Origin: Paragordius varius
Taxonomy: Eukaryota > Animalia > Nematomorpha
Reading direction: 5' to 3'
DNA: 64,000 nucleotides
Assembly: GCA_964247055.1 (NCBI GenBank)
Contig: OZ176052.1
Coordinates: 8,060,001 to 8,124,000, forward strand
Both the position numbers and the translations under genes were made by a program. The first letter of the stretch is position 1. Every line of letters begins with the position of its first letter. The notes beneath the pieces are model-generated. The model was given only the letters and a program-made list of their open reading frames with translations, did no database searches and had not been told where the DNA came from. Below, piece after piece: positions 25,601-37,400 of the stretch.

Positions 25601-28258
25601 AATTTTAACGGTCTCATATAGATAAAAAATTATTTTTTTTTTAAATGGCATTTTACGGGGGGAAGGGGTAAAAAGAGAGTCTAAATTAAAAAGTAAGCCC
25701 CCAAGGTTCGGCGCAATAGAAAAAAAGTAAAAATAATCATATTATGGCCCAACACCGGAAAATTGTGTCAATGACACGATTTTTCTAGACTTCTGTTTTC
25801 AAAAAAACCGTTTACGGGGTGGGCCCGAACTGGGGGTCTAATTCAAAAAAGGGCGAAGCTATTGTCGGGGCATTCATTAATGATTATATTTTTTGACATT
25901 TGGATTTGAATGGGTATACCGGTTTTCCGGAAACAGATCACAAAGCCAGGATTTTCTTGTTTTATATTTATATAAATTATAATGATCGGAATAGAAATGC
26001 TGATATAAACAGTTCTTCAGAACCAGAAGTTATGATATATTTATCTACGATGAATGTTATTTTTCTTTATAGCAATAATTTTACAAGTTAAAAAACATTT
26101 TTTGTTAAATTGTTTTTTATCACTAGCGACCCCATAATTTTTCTGCGCGACCCATAGTTTAAGAAGCCCTGGTTTACGCCATACGCTACTGTATGTTTTA
26201 CTAAAAAATTATTTATATGTTGACTGTGTATTGAGGTGTTCACAAAGTAAAAAAGTATTTATATATCAACATTTCGATTGAAATTAGAGTAACCATTGTT
26301 ATTATTAAAAAACTACAGAAAGAAAGTGTTTCCATTATGCTTCTATCCTAATTTTTTTTCAAATTTTGTTTGATTATATTTTATTATTTTTATTTTCTTT
26401 TGTTTTTAGTTAATCGCCTGAAAAAGATACTACCATGTATCGAAAATTTTGGATATAGTTTACTTTAATAAATTTTACGAGAATTATTATTTTAAAAAAT
26501 TATATAAATTAGCCAAAATAAATATAATCAAGTTTTGAAAATAAACTTCCATATCAAACTACTTTGACGCCATTTTTATTTTGCAACATTTTTGCAAAAT
26601 ATCGTGCTTTTTTATTCTAATGCTTAAATTAAAGTTGTTTTTTAATAAAACCACACCTAACAATAATAAAAACCGAAATGGTTTATTTTGCATTATTATT
26701 ATATTTTCCTAAAACATGTCATGTTGGCTAAATTTTTACCTTCAGGTATATCCATAAAATAAGTAATATCAAGTGATTAATGGGTCTTTTTATGCTTCGG
26801 TGCATCAATATAATAAAGTGTAAAATTTACAATGGTTTAAATCTATCCCATTTTAAAAAAATATTTGTCAATATAATATTTCTTACCAGGTGTATATATA
26901 AGTTTTTACCGGTCTAGTAAAAAAATTTAATTTTCAGAAATCAATTATGTATTTTATTCAAAATTTGTCCATCGGCTTCTACACATTTTGCCGATCTAGG
27001 TAGTGTATAAATAATGTTCCAAAAAATGGATTGTCTCATGCAGTAAACCATTTTCCAATGTCTTGGAAAATATTTAAGTGCTGCTCTGCAAGAGTGTTTG
27101 CCCCATTGATGCAAAGTTTTATTAGTCAGGTGATGCCAGGGTGCGAAAATATTCCTATCAAAGCGATTTTTAAGGTGTCTTCCAATAATTTTGCTAAGTA
27201 GGACGAAGTAATGTCATGTAAGAGAATTTTTTTGCCATCTTTCCTGCAAAGCGATGGTGTGGATAGACTGGCTTGGAATGGCAAAAGTCACGTAGCTTTT
27301 GATATATAATAAAGCTATTTCTCATCCCCTGCAATTCGATGCATTTCTTTCGTGACGTTGAATCTATCTACTCTCTTTGCGATTCTCAATTTGACGTTCA
27401 TTAATGCATCCGCTATTTGCCCTGGGGTTTCGCCATCATTTAATGACTCTTATTTTAATCGTTGCAGTTGTGCGGTCTACCAAAATGCAGTGGTTCCAAA
27501 CCTTTTTTTTCACCCCCCCCCCCTTGATTTAAAAAATTTCTTGCCCTCCCCCCCCCCTCTCACAAAAAATAAAAAAATAATATTAAACACAATCAATGAG
27601 ATCCTTGTATCTGCGATTCCTGAAATATTTTCTGCACATCGGGGGCAAATATTGATAAATTGCACTTGAAATCCTTATTAAACTACGATTTGTGGCTATT
27701 TATATTTTATAATTTAATTTTCCAAATTTTTCGCGCTCCTCCTAGATTCTTCTACGCTCCCTTTTGAGAACCACTGATGTAATGGATAGAGCATGATATT
27801 CTAATAACAAACAATAACTTTCAACAGTCTTTTTCTTCTGATGGCAATACCTGCCGCAAATGTTCTTTTTCAGGCACAAAATCTGACACGATTATTAAAT
27901 GATAAAACTAAAGCGGAAGTTTTTGATGAACTCAAATTGTAGGCGTTTGTAATTAAATGATTCTGTATTAAATTAGTCGTCTGCAATTTTCGTTGACGGC
28001 TTCTCTTAGTTAAACTGGTAAGTACTTATGAATACACCTGATATATAATTCAAGCAATATTAATAAATAGTTGGTTACAGCATTTGTAGCTAAAATATTT
28101 TAAAACAATATTAGAAATATATCTATGTGTTTTTGATACCTGAAACAAAAGAGCATCATTTTATGGCAATTAATTTTTTCTCCATTTGTCAGGATTATTG
28201 TAAAATCGGGGTGAAGAATGTTTCCTTCATTATATAAACAATTAAATCGAGAAAACAT
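22629..28258 (-). CDS. BTB/POZ-domain-only protein, 151 aa
   Basis: Exons 28258-28140, 23922-23744, 22786-22629 (GT-AG, phases 2 and 1, 456 nt in total). Product MFSRFNCLYNEGNILHPDFTIILTNGEKINCHKMMLFCFSDFFRLFLQ...EISL...ISPTIMGHILCYIYT...LKAAAENLGIFGLMNIC...SKGY* follows the BTB consensus (D-x-T, CHK-x-x-L-x-x-x-S-x-x-F, L-x-YIYT, L-x-AA-x-x-L) along its length. Confidence 0.85.
22916..23160. mobile_element. hAT-type MITE with perfect 8-bp TSD
   Basis: CTTTAAGG|CAGGGAGATCCAAC ... GTTGGACACCCCTG|CTTTAAGG. Lies in intron 2 of the BTB gene. Confidence 0.85.
23307..23598. mobile_element. hAT-type MITE
   Basis: CAGGGATTTCCAAT start; flanks GTCTAAAC / GCTTAAAC (6/8); internal sequence shared with the 19354 copy. 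Confidence 0.7.
24520..26171. mobile_element. hAT-type element with 16-bp perfect TIRs and perfect 8-bp TSD, carrying a Helitron
   Basis: GTTTACGC|CAGGGCTTCTTAAACT ... AGTTTAAGAAGCCCTG|GTTTACGC. Confidence 0.9.
24744..25975 (-). mobile_element. Helitron copy with family 5' part and a different 3' terminus
   Basis: About 25560-25975 is homologous to the 5' half of the other Helitron copies, with a degenerate TC end. The 3' end on the minus strand reads CACAC-CGAA-GTGTG, 10 nt, CTAG|T. Confidence 0.7.
26520..26860. mobile_element. Internal fragment of the piggyBac-like family, inverted relative to 14300-14879
   Basis: Reverse complement aligns by eye with about 14410-14720 (e.g. AAAAATGGCGTC, GAAGGTAAAAATTTAG, TTGATATTACTTATTTT). 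Confidence 0.55.
26886..28041 (-). mobile_element. Mos1-like mariner relic with both TIRs; transposase is a pseudogene
   Basis: TA|CCAGGTGTATATATAAGTTTTTACCGG and inverted TA|TCAGGTGTATTCATAAGTACTTACCAG. Minus-strand fragments SDFVPEKEHLRQVL, LNDGETPGQIADAL, INERQIENRKE, IAGDEK*, LAEQHL, KCVEADGQ resemble Mos1 transposase (MSSFVPNKEQ, LNERQMERRK, IVTGDEKW). Internal deletions and stops. Confidence 0.85.
27488..27776. mobile_element. hAT-like MITE inserted in the mariner relic
   Basis: CAGTGGTTC / GAACCACTG TIRs interrupt the transposase fragments. The TSD is poorly conserved (CCAAAATG / ATGTAATG). Confidence 0.6.
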
Positions 28259-28445
28259 TTTTATTTTTATATAAATATTATTGTTGACGATTGTTGATTA
28301 TGCATAAAGCATGTCGTTTTTTAGGTTAAAAATGCAGCGATACACCTCGATTGTCGTAATAATTAATAAACTATATAATAGCGATAAAATTTATTTACAC
28401 CACATGTATAATGTTAGGATTATTCTAAGGCATTAAAATAAAATT

Positions 28446-31400
28446 TTATCTTCTCCCGCATTCTCCTTTTTTCTTGTGTCGCATGGCGAGTTTGGTTATG
28501 TGGTAAAAGGTTTTCCATTCTTTTTAAATTCCTGTAAAGATGATAAAATTTACATTATATCTAAGGTTGAGCCGATCAGATTATATATAGTTTAAAAATA
28601 TAAAGTATATACCACACAAGTCCTCCGCAAACAATACATAGATTTATCAGTTTCATTGGATTTCCGGCAACTGGTACCGTCTGGAAAAAATAAACTTGAG
28701 GGTGAAATCATGCCGCCGCTTTTCGTTCGACACCAAATGGCACATCTTAATCGATCTATATATACAGAGAGAGATAAATTTGGATACTTAATTCAAATTC
28801 ACCTTAAAATAAATTAAGTGTTTTAAGATTAAAAATTACTTATATTTTTTTATATTTTTATAAAATGAAATTTTGTTTAAAATTAAAATAATACTGAAAA
28901 AATAATAAACTATGCCATTATATTTCATATTAATGAATTATATTAGCCCGAAAACACACAATATATTTTTAGGGTGAATGTGATTGTTTAAGGGTAAATT
29001 TGAATGGTTCGAGAATGAATTTGAATTGTCAAAGGAAATTGAACTGTAAATGGTATGATATCTATCTATCTATCTATATATATATATATAAATATAACTT
29101 ACTGTTAATGTGTAGAAATTGAAGTCCTTGTCCCGTTAAAAAATTATATTGAGGCAGTTTGGATATTAAATGGCACACGTTCGACGCATATTCATTAACA
29201 GTTTTTTTGCGATTTACACAAACCTTATATATAAAATAAATAGCACAGTAAATTAAAATTATATAATTATAATATAAAAAATTTTAGGTGTTAGCCATAC
29301 TTTTTAACCATAATTTCTTAAATATCACTTAATGATTGCCAATTATATAATTAAATGTAATCAAGTTACATCTTTATTCCTCGTTTCTATAATCGACTTT
29401 ATGAAAAAATATAAGTGTTTTAGTTTTTACGTTTGTGTCTTTATTTTTCAATTTTTAATGTATATTAAATGCATAAGGTTGGATCGCACCGGTTATTTAT
29501 CCATTCATAACCGTAACTGTGACCAGTTATAAAAATGACAAATCAACCCTTAACATATGTTTTTCATGAGATAAAATTAAAATATGTAGTATAATGTTAT
29601 AGAACTTAAATATGTGAAATTTAAAATTTTTAAATTGTATGATATTTAATTATCCTATCAAAAATATAATTGGGTGCAGGTTAATTTGGTTTTTTTTATT
29701 TTTAACATATATTTCTAATGTATGTTATTCATATTCATTTCTAGGCAGTTAAATCGGTTATTTTATTAGAGTAAAAACGAATTTTAGTTAAATAATATAT
29801 AGAATTCTTACCTTTTTGTTATCACAAATTTGATATAAAAAATGGCCACCTTGACATGATTTACCACCGTTTATTGGGCTAATAAAATATTAGTATAAAT
29901 GATAATAAAAAAAGTGAATAAGGACGGTATTACTAAAATTAAGGTGTTATTATAAAAAATTTTATAGATATTTCTATTTACTATATTTGCTTAGGTAATA
30001 AGAATTATATACGGTGGATTATTGCATTTTCTTTTAAAAAGTTTTAGGTTGACACTATTTTCAAGACATTCTTTATTTTCGCAATCGCTTTCAAGTTGAA
30101 ATGGACCCCAGGATCCATCGTGAGATGTCTAAATTATAAAAATCCATTATTTGTACTAAAAAGGGAAGAAACTATAAAACTTCTATGCCTCTTTGATCCT
30201 CGTCTCACACAATCCAAAAATATGCTTAAACAAAACTAATCCGCTTTTTTAAAAAATTTTACAGTCGGTTTTAAAAAATATCCAAGTTATATTAAAACAA
30301 AAAAGCTAGCGAGAGTAGGCATTTCCAATGGATTCCACTTCTTCATTCATTTCAATTTTACTATATGGAAGATTTATTATATTAATGATAGAATAATAAT
30401 TATAGCCATACACCTGAAATTATCTTGATATAAGCGCCTACCCTCCGTTTGTAAAATACACGGTACCACATGAAAAAAGTTTTTATATAATGATTTATTT
30501 TAACCACATTTAAAGCGGTCTTGTATTTTAGCAACTTTAGAAAAAATAAAAAACATTCTCTGCTCAAAAAGGCATAAATCCATATGTATCGTAAAAATAA
30601 TTCTTTATAAAAAATCGTTTATAGCACAATAAGTATTTGTATGATAAAAATATGTACAAAATTAATATGTACAAAATTAATATGTACAAAATTATGGCAG
30701 TCCCCATCTACACAGATGCCTTGAGCCCCCCGGATATGACAAGGTGCACCATTGGGCAAATTGAATGTATGGAGTTTATCTTTTGATTCATCATAACAGT
30801 TGTATTTGCACTCTGATACTAAGTAATTGAATTAAAACGAATAAGTATACATTTTTTTAAAAGGAGAGAGGGGGGGGGGGGTAAATGATGATATACATTT
30901 CATTTCTATTACATAATTTATCGAAATCCGACAATTTTACTCCATAATAAATTTTATTTATCACCTTATTGAAAACAAATACAATTAAGATGTCTTATTG
31001 TCATCAAATATTATTTTTTACCATAGCATCACCGTCATATTGGCATCGAGCGCCTGTTAACTAATAAGCTCATTATCAGAGATTTTCCGATTTAAAGCTA
31101 TTATTTAATTAAATAGAATCACTTAAATTTATTTGTACCAAAACATTTTTTAAGCCACCATAAAGATACAAAAATTTAAAAACTTAATTTAATCATTTTT
31201 TTAGTTATTCATATAAATATTTCATTGTATTCTGAATAATTTAATACCTATACCCCCTCCCTTCCGATTAAGGTCATTATGGGAGCATCCAGTTTATTGT
31301 CTAACAATATAAAGCAAATTTATGTTTCCTAACCATTTAAATTTTTGGATATAATGAAATAAATAACTTGTGTTCGGTTGTCTGGTAAGTAAAAAATATT

Positions 31401-34400
31401 GGAGCATAGATTATATAAGGTTATTTTAAAATTTATTAATTCGAATACATTTTTAGAAAAGGGTTATATAAGGTTATTTAAAAAAAAATATTAATTTGAA
31501 TACATTCTTAGTAAAGGATCAACAAATTCTATTGTCTGATGATTTCTCTAAAAAATTAAGAAAATAAAAATATTACTTTTTACATTCAAAATAATATACA
31601 AAACAGTATTATAGATTTGAAAAAATAAAAATTTCGAATCGTGTTATGCACAACGGTTCATAATAATAATTTAGGTTATAACCCCTGGAAAATTATCATT
31701 ATTATTTAATTTTTTTGAATAACATATTTATAATTTATTGTTTGTTTTGTAATTATACCAGCTTTTGAACGTGAGTCTTCTCCTTCATTCGTTAGATCAA
31801 CGTTAATGTAAGTATCTGAAATCGATTTTTTCTTCCCATCATCGCCGATTCCATTTATTTGTCCACCAAACTTAATAATATTTCCCACAAAATTAAAATT
31901 GCTTTTTGGGGAGTTATATGGCTCTTGTGATTTTTCATGCTTGACAAAATGTTTGAAACGGTAATCTGGTTTAAAGATTGGAGTTTCAAATATATTATCA
32001 TCATCACTCCTAACGTTATCCTCTATGACCTGGTAATATCTATTATAAGTATTAGTTCTGATTTTAAGTGGATTTCTGCGCCTGAAACTATAAGGCGTTA
32101 CCATAGTGTACCTAAAGACGGGTTGTTTTTTACGGCGAAATTCATTTATTGAATTAAATGACAATATATCTGAGTGATAGCCTCCTTTCAGAGGAATATC
32201 GTATGACATATTTTTTGCCAAGCAATTGTCTTGTATATATTCAGTCCTAGAGCTTGAAATCTTATCTTTTGTATTGTTGGCGCAGGTATATAGAGATTCC
32301 TTCTGTGAGTATTGTTTAATGTTACATTTCTCAACTATTATATTTTGTCCTTTGCAATTTTTCCCATTATGTAGAGGGGTAGGATTTGAACAAGATCTCT
32401 TCCATATTTTAACACCGATAGGCATATCTCCTTTTCGATCAATGACATTTTTAGAGTTTTTGGTACTAGAGATACACTGTGAATTTTGTTTGATGACAGT
32501 ATTATTTGCAAATATGGTATTTTGATTTATACAATAGCTTTCTTCCCACAAACTCCAACCACCTGAAATGGATTCATTCAGTCCGTATAAAACACATTCT
32601 CCACTTCGACACCACTAAATACAATGTATATATATATATACATATACACAGCCAATATTTATTATGCATTGTTTAAAAAATTATGGGTATATATATAAAT
32701 TTATGATTAAAACACATTCAATAATTTTACAAATATACTTTATTTTCCCCACAGTACGTGCCCTCAAGGGCAGGGTGTATAAGTAACTCTACCACAATGT
32801 ATGAACCAAATGGTGGTGTGCACCTTATGAGCTGACATATTGTCTAATTTATATATTAATATATAAATTTTGAAATTAATTTGAAATATTTTGATGCAAG
32901 AAATCAAAAAGACCTCAATTCCCCACCAAAAAACCCATAAAGAATTTGACGATAACCACCCTTTAGGTTGGTTAATTTTATGTAAATTTAACTTAGCTCT
33001 GGGTTTACCAAAAAAGTAAGCACAGAGCCCTATGATACTGCTATATAAATAGCATTTTTTTTTAATTATTACTTCCAGCGGATATCTTGGATCAGATAAC
33101 CATCTAGAGCCTTTCCCATACGCCGCTTCACATTGACCGTCAACGGTAACCCGTTGACCTGGAAGAATGGTTGGGTGTGGATCATTAACTACTTCACCAT
33201 CTAACAGTAACTCCTTATCTTTCAAACATTCAAAGCGACTACAAAATATTATTACTTTAAATAGTGACAAACTTGTATAAAATTTTATATGATAAATAAT
33301 TGGAAGCTTAGCGAGTGCCCAATAATATATCTAATATTTTACTTACTCAATTTGTTTAAGAATCTTGGCTTTAGAACACGTAGACCATGTTGATATACCT
33401 GGAGCCAGACGAGATGCCATAATATATTTCCAATCTTCACAAGAATTATCTTTCCCGTCATGCTCTAACCCTAAAGTATGACCTAATTCATGGGTTATTG
33501 TGAAAACTGGCTTGTATCCCTTTCCCTCAGAAATGGTCACAGAATATTTGGAATCGCACATCGAACCGACATAGGCATATCCTGGAAACAAATTAATAAT
33601 GTGGTTTAGCACATAATAGTGTTGTATAATAGCCCTAGCATTTAAAGTTAGATTTTTAAAACTTTTGAGCTATTGCCCGTAATCTATAATTTTATATGAT
33701 AATTACAAAAAATAGGTTTTTATATAATATAATATATATAATAAATAATGATCATAACTCTCAAGATATTCCTTGTTCTTAGTTCATTTTTAATAAGGCA
33801 GGAATTGAAGTTTACATTAATGCAACACAATAAATGTCCTAAAAAGCAAAATATAAAAATTTTATTTAACCATTAATAATGTTTGTTTTGAGGTCTTTTA
33901 CATCACAATTTAAATTGAAAAGTTTGTAAAATGCGTTAGCGCGATTGCACTATAAATTAAATTGTTCGTTAAAATTTAAGATATTATTAATTATATCCAG
34001 AAAAAACGTATGCCCAGAATTTTTCGTTTTGAAAAAATGTTACATTAATATTATAAACTTAATTCAAAGCCGCTGAATATATCAGAATTAGTAAAAACTC
34101 ATGGTTTTAATTTTTGGGAGTTATCGGCTTAACAACACTGTTTTGATGTTAATATATTTTTAAATATCAAGATAGAATATCAATTTAAAACACAGGTTCA
34201 TCAGTAACACTTTAGCTATTTATGGATATTGTTTTATTTAATTAATAAATAACTTAAAAACCAAAGCAAGTAGAAAAATGATAACTTAGGTGGTGCAAAG
34301 CTGCTAACCTTAAACTACTTCCAAGACATGTATGTTACCTATAGGCAATGCCAATTATATATTAAAGAAAAATTATTTAATAAATATTACCAATAGCAAT

Positions 34401-37400
34401 AAAACAATTTCTATCACCCTGCCCCTACCCTCCTGTAAAATGATTATAATATGATTATTTTAACACTTTTTGGCCTGACGTTAAACATTTATACGTATAT
34501 TAGTTTGAATATTTTTATTTAACCAAAAGTATAAACCTAAAATGGCTTTTGCTATTGTAACTTTGTTGGTTGCCCCGTGTCGTTTAGCTATTGCATACAC
34601 ATCAAGACCGGTCATAAGTATTGCAGCGTCCCATGTCTTTTTGGAATTGAGCCTAAGTTGAAAATTGCCGAATGCCTCTAACAAATAAGTCACTCGTTCG
34701 TGCATTAATTCAGGCTATATAATTAAATAAAGGATTTCTCTAAAAATGAATTTTTGTTAGCCAAAAAAAATGTGTCAAATTTGGTGTCTACTTTATACCG
34801 TTTGGAGAAATAAGTTTTTAAAATAGAGGAAAAATAAGCTTGAATCCGAAAAAATTGGGGTTCAACGCCATCTAAGGAAACAAATGCAAAAGGTAAAAAC
34901 AGCTGAGCATCATAAAAAATTTTAAACGTAGTAGTTTTGATTATTTAAAAAATAATTATATTTAATCATTTATAACGTTTTTATGACAGATGAGCATCAT
35001 AAAAAATTTTAAATGTAGTAGTTTCAATTAAAAAAATAATTATATTAAATTATTTATAACGTTTTTAAGGATTTGCTTAATATCGAAATGTTGATAATCA
35101 AAAAGCTTCGGTCAAAAAATATAAATTAAATAAATCAATATTAAAACTTTTGTATTTCTAATTATTTGTTAAATGTATGTTTTTTAAAATAGCTGTCAAA
35201 CATTCTGATGTGAGTGATCAGCCTAGAAGAATGATAGTTTACCAAATGAACCAGTAATTATGATCATTATTATACGGCATTTTTAGCCCTATACTGACCT
35301 TATTTAACTAAAGCAATTAAACCTATAAAATGAACGCCATTCTTTTTATAACACATGAGGTAAGTGAGTTATCTGATACTTAAGTCAGATTTTGAATTGT
35401 TGATTTTATAAACTAATAGAATTGGAAATGCGTATTCAGTAACTATTATAAATTACATTTTTTATAGATTTACTAACACTTAAAACATGAGTTTCGTCTC
35501 TCTGAATTTTCTTTGTTAAACGTAAAAGATTAAACATATTTAAAAAATACATATATTTTAAACTCACTTTTTTGCCTTTCATAATTTCAAAATGGGTCAG
35601 AATGAGCTTGATCGAGACGCCTAAAGAATTATGGGCATATAGTAGTTGCACCTAAAAGAAAAAATATTCTATTAAATACAAAATAAATAACTACATATGT
35701 TAAAAATTCAAGCATATGCATATTCTAAATATGACTATTTAAGAGGTTTTATAAAGTTCAATAGGAATCCCACATTCATGGTACTTTGATATAAATTAAA
35801 TTTTTTACTCAATGTGCACATAAAATCCGATTTTTTGATTTTGGCTAATGGAGAAATTTTTTTAAAGCTTATATATTAATATTTTTCATTTTTTCATATT
35901 TATTTTACTGAGGCTTTATTAAGAATTATTCAGTTTGCAATTTTGTGACATAGGATATAATTAAAGAAATTCTAACAAAAAATTTAAAATGTAATTTTAA
36001 ATGAATTTGCTGTATTTATTCAGCCTATCTGATATTTATCCCCATTTTTTCCTTAATCCAAATCCATCATCCCTTTAATACCAAACTCCTTAATTAAAAT
36101 ATAGCCATGATAATTTTTTGAAATCAAATTTATGTTCCGTTAAATTTAAATTCGTTTTTCGACATTTGTTAAATCTTTTTATAACGTTATCAAAAATTAA
36201 TGACAATAGTCATATGCAATCTGTGCGACACATAGCCTTATTGCATGTCAAAATGAAAAGGCTTTAAATATTGTAAAATTGCTATTATTTGGATACATGG
36301 ATGTCTGGTAAACTTTTTATGTGAACTAAATTTTATTTTTCTCTTGCGAAAATATTTATGATAGGGAGGAGATTTAGAAAAATACATTTAATTTATCTTT
36401 TTTATATCTATTTTAATTAAACGTAAATTTAAAAAATAAAATAAAATTTATCTTAGTCATCCATCAGGTCATATTTTAAGGATATATGACATGCTTGACA
36501 TTATTGTAAAACATTAAAAATGATATATGAATGTGTTCACAGAACGTATGCTCTCATATCGTATACTAAAATGTTATTTAAGGCGGTTCGAAATTGTCAA
36601 AATTAATAAAATTATATATTATTATATATCATACCCCGTTAAAGATAGTGTATACATAATGCAAAATTTTTTCATCTGTTGTAAGTCCTTTAGCCATTAA
36701 TTGATCGTATAAGAAGGAATCAACAAATATGGCAGTTTTTATTGTGTAAGTTTTTGTCTGAACGGCTAATCTAAAACGATAATCACGATATTTTTCAACG
36801 ACATCATCTAAATCTAGTTGGAAACGTCCATTCGCTATATATATATATATATAAGTATAATATATTTGCAATCAATTATTTGATAATTAAATATCATCAT
36901 CGTTTTTTTAATTATTTTAAGGTCGTCAAACCATACAAATACACCTTTTTTATCTAAGAAGCAAACAAGCTAATTTCAATCGTCTTTATTTGACGATTTC
37001 ATCAGTATACATCAAAGTTTTAAGTTGAAACTAATTAAATAGTTTTAACTTTTTGGAAAAATACCATTTTTCGAAAAAAAGGACATTTTAGGGAAATAAA
37101 ATAAACGTGACGTCAAACATTTTATTATAATCGTTATGGTTTAATTTGTAAAAAATAAAATAACACGCTTTGATTTTTTATCGTATGATAATATAATTAG
37201 CAGTTAATACAATGATGCTTTAATTAAAATAAAAAAAACTTTTACATGTGTAAATATTTCCAAAATATGAAGTTAAATTATGCTTAAACCTTTGTAGATA
37301 GTCGGATTATGTTGAATGTTAACTACACACCTTGGAAATCATATTAATTTACATTATAAACTAGCGTAAATCTCGTGCTGCTACGCAGCCGAGGAAGTCC

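Larger units (their letters stand above)
24416..26191. mobile_element. Tc1/mariner-type MITE, outer shell of a nested stack
   Basis: The right end GCCATACGCTACTG|TA matches the 45768-45925 family. The left end TA|CAGTAG is only partly conserved. Confidence 0.5.

Noticed and set aside
27352-27669. 105-aa ORF with a Pro-rich stretch
   Set aside because: It runs antisense over the mariner relic and into a poly-C MITE.
30240-30540. Additional ADAMTS exon(s) between 30688 and 30128 (e.g. from the AG at 30414)
   Set aside because: Candidate frames hit stops or lack acceptors, and the flanking exons already join in frame. A missing small exon cannot be excluded.
34904-35068. Tandem repeats (here, 31410-31520, 44540, 62770-62845) as CRISPR-like arrays
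   Set aside because: Only two adjacent units with no unique spacers, no cas genes, and a eukaryotic intronic context.
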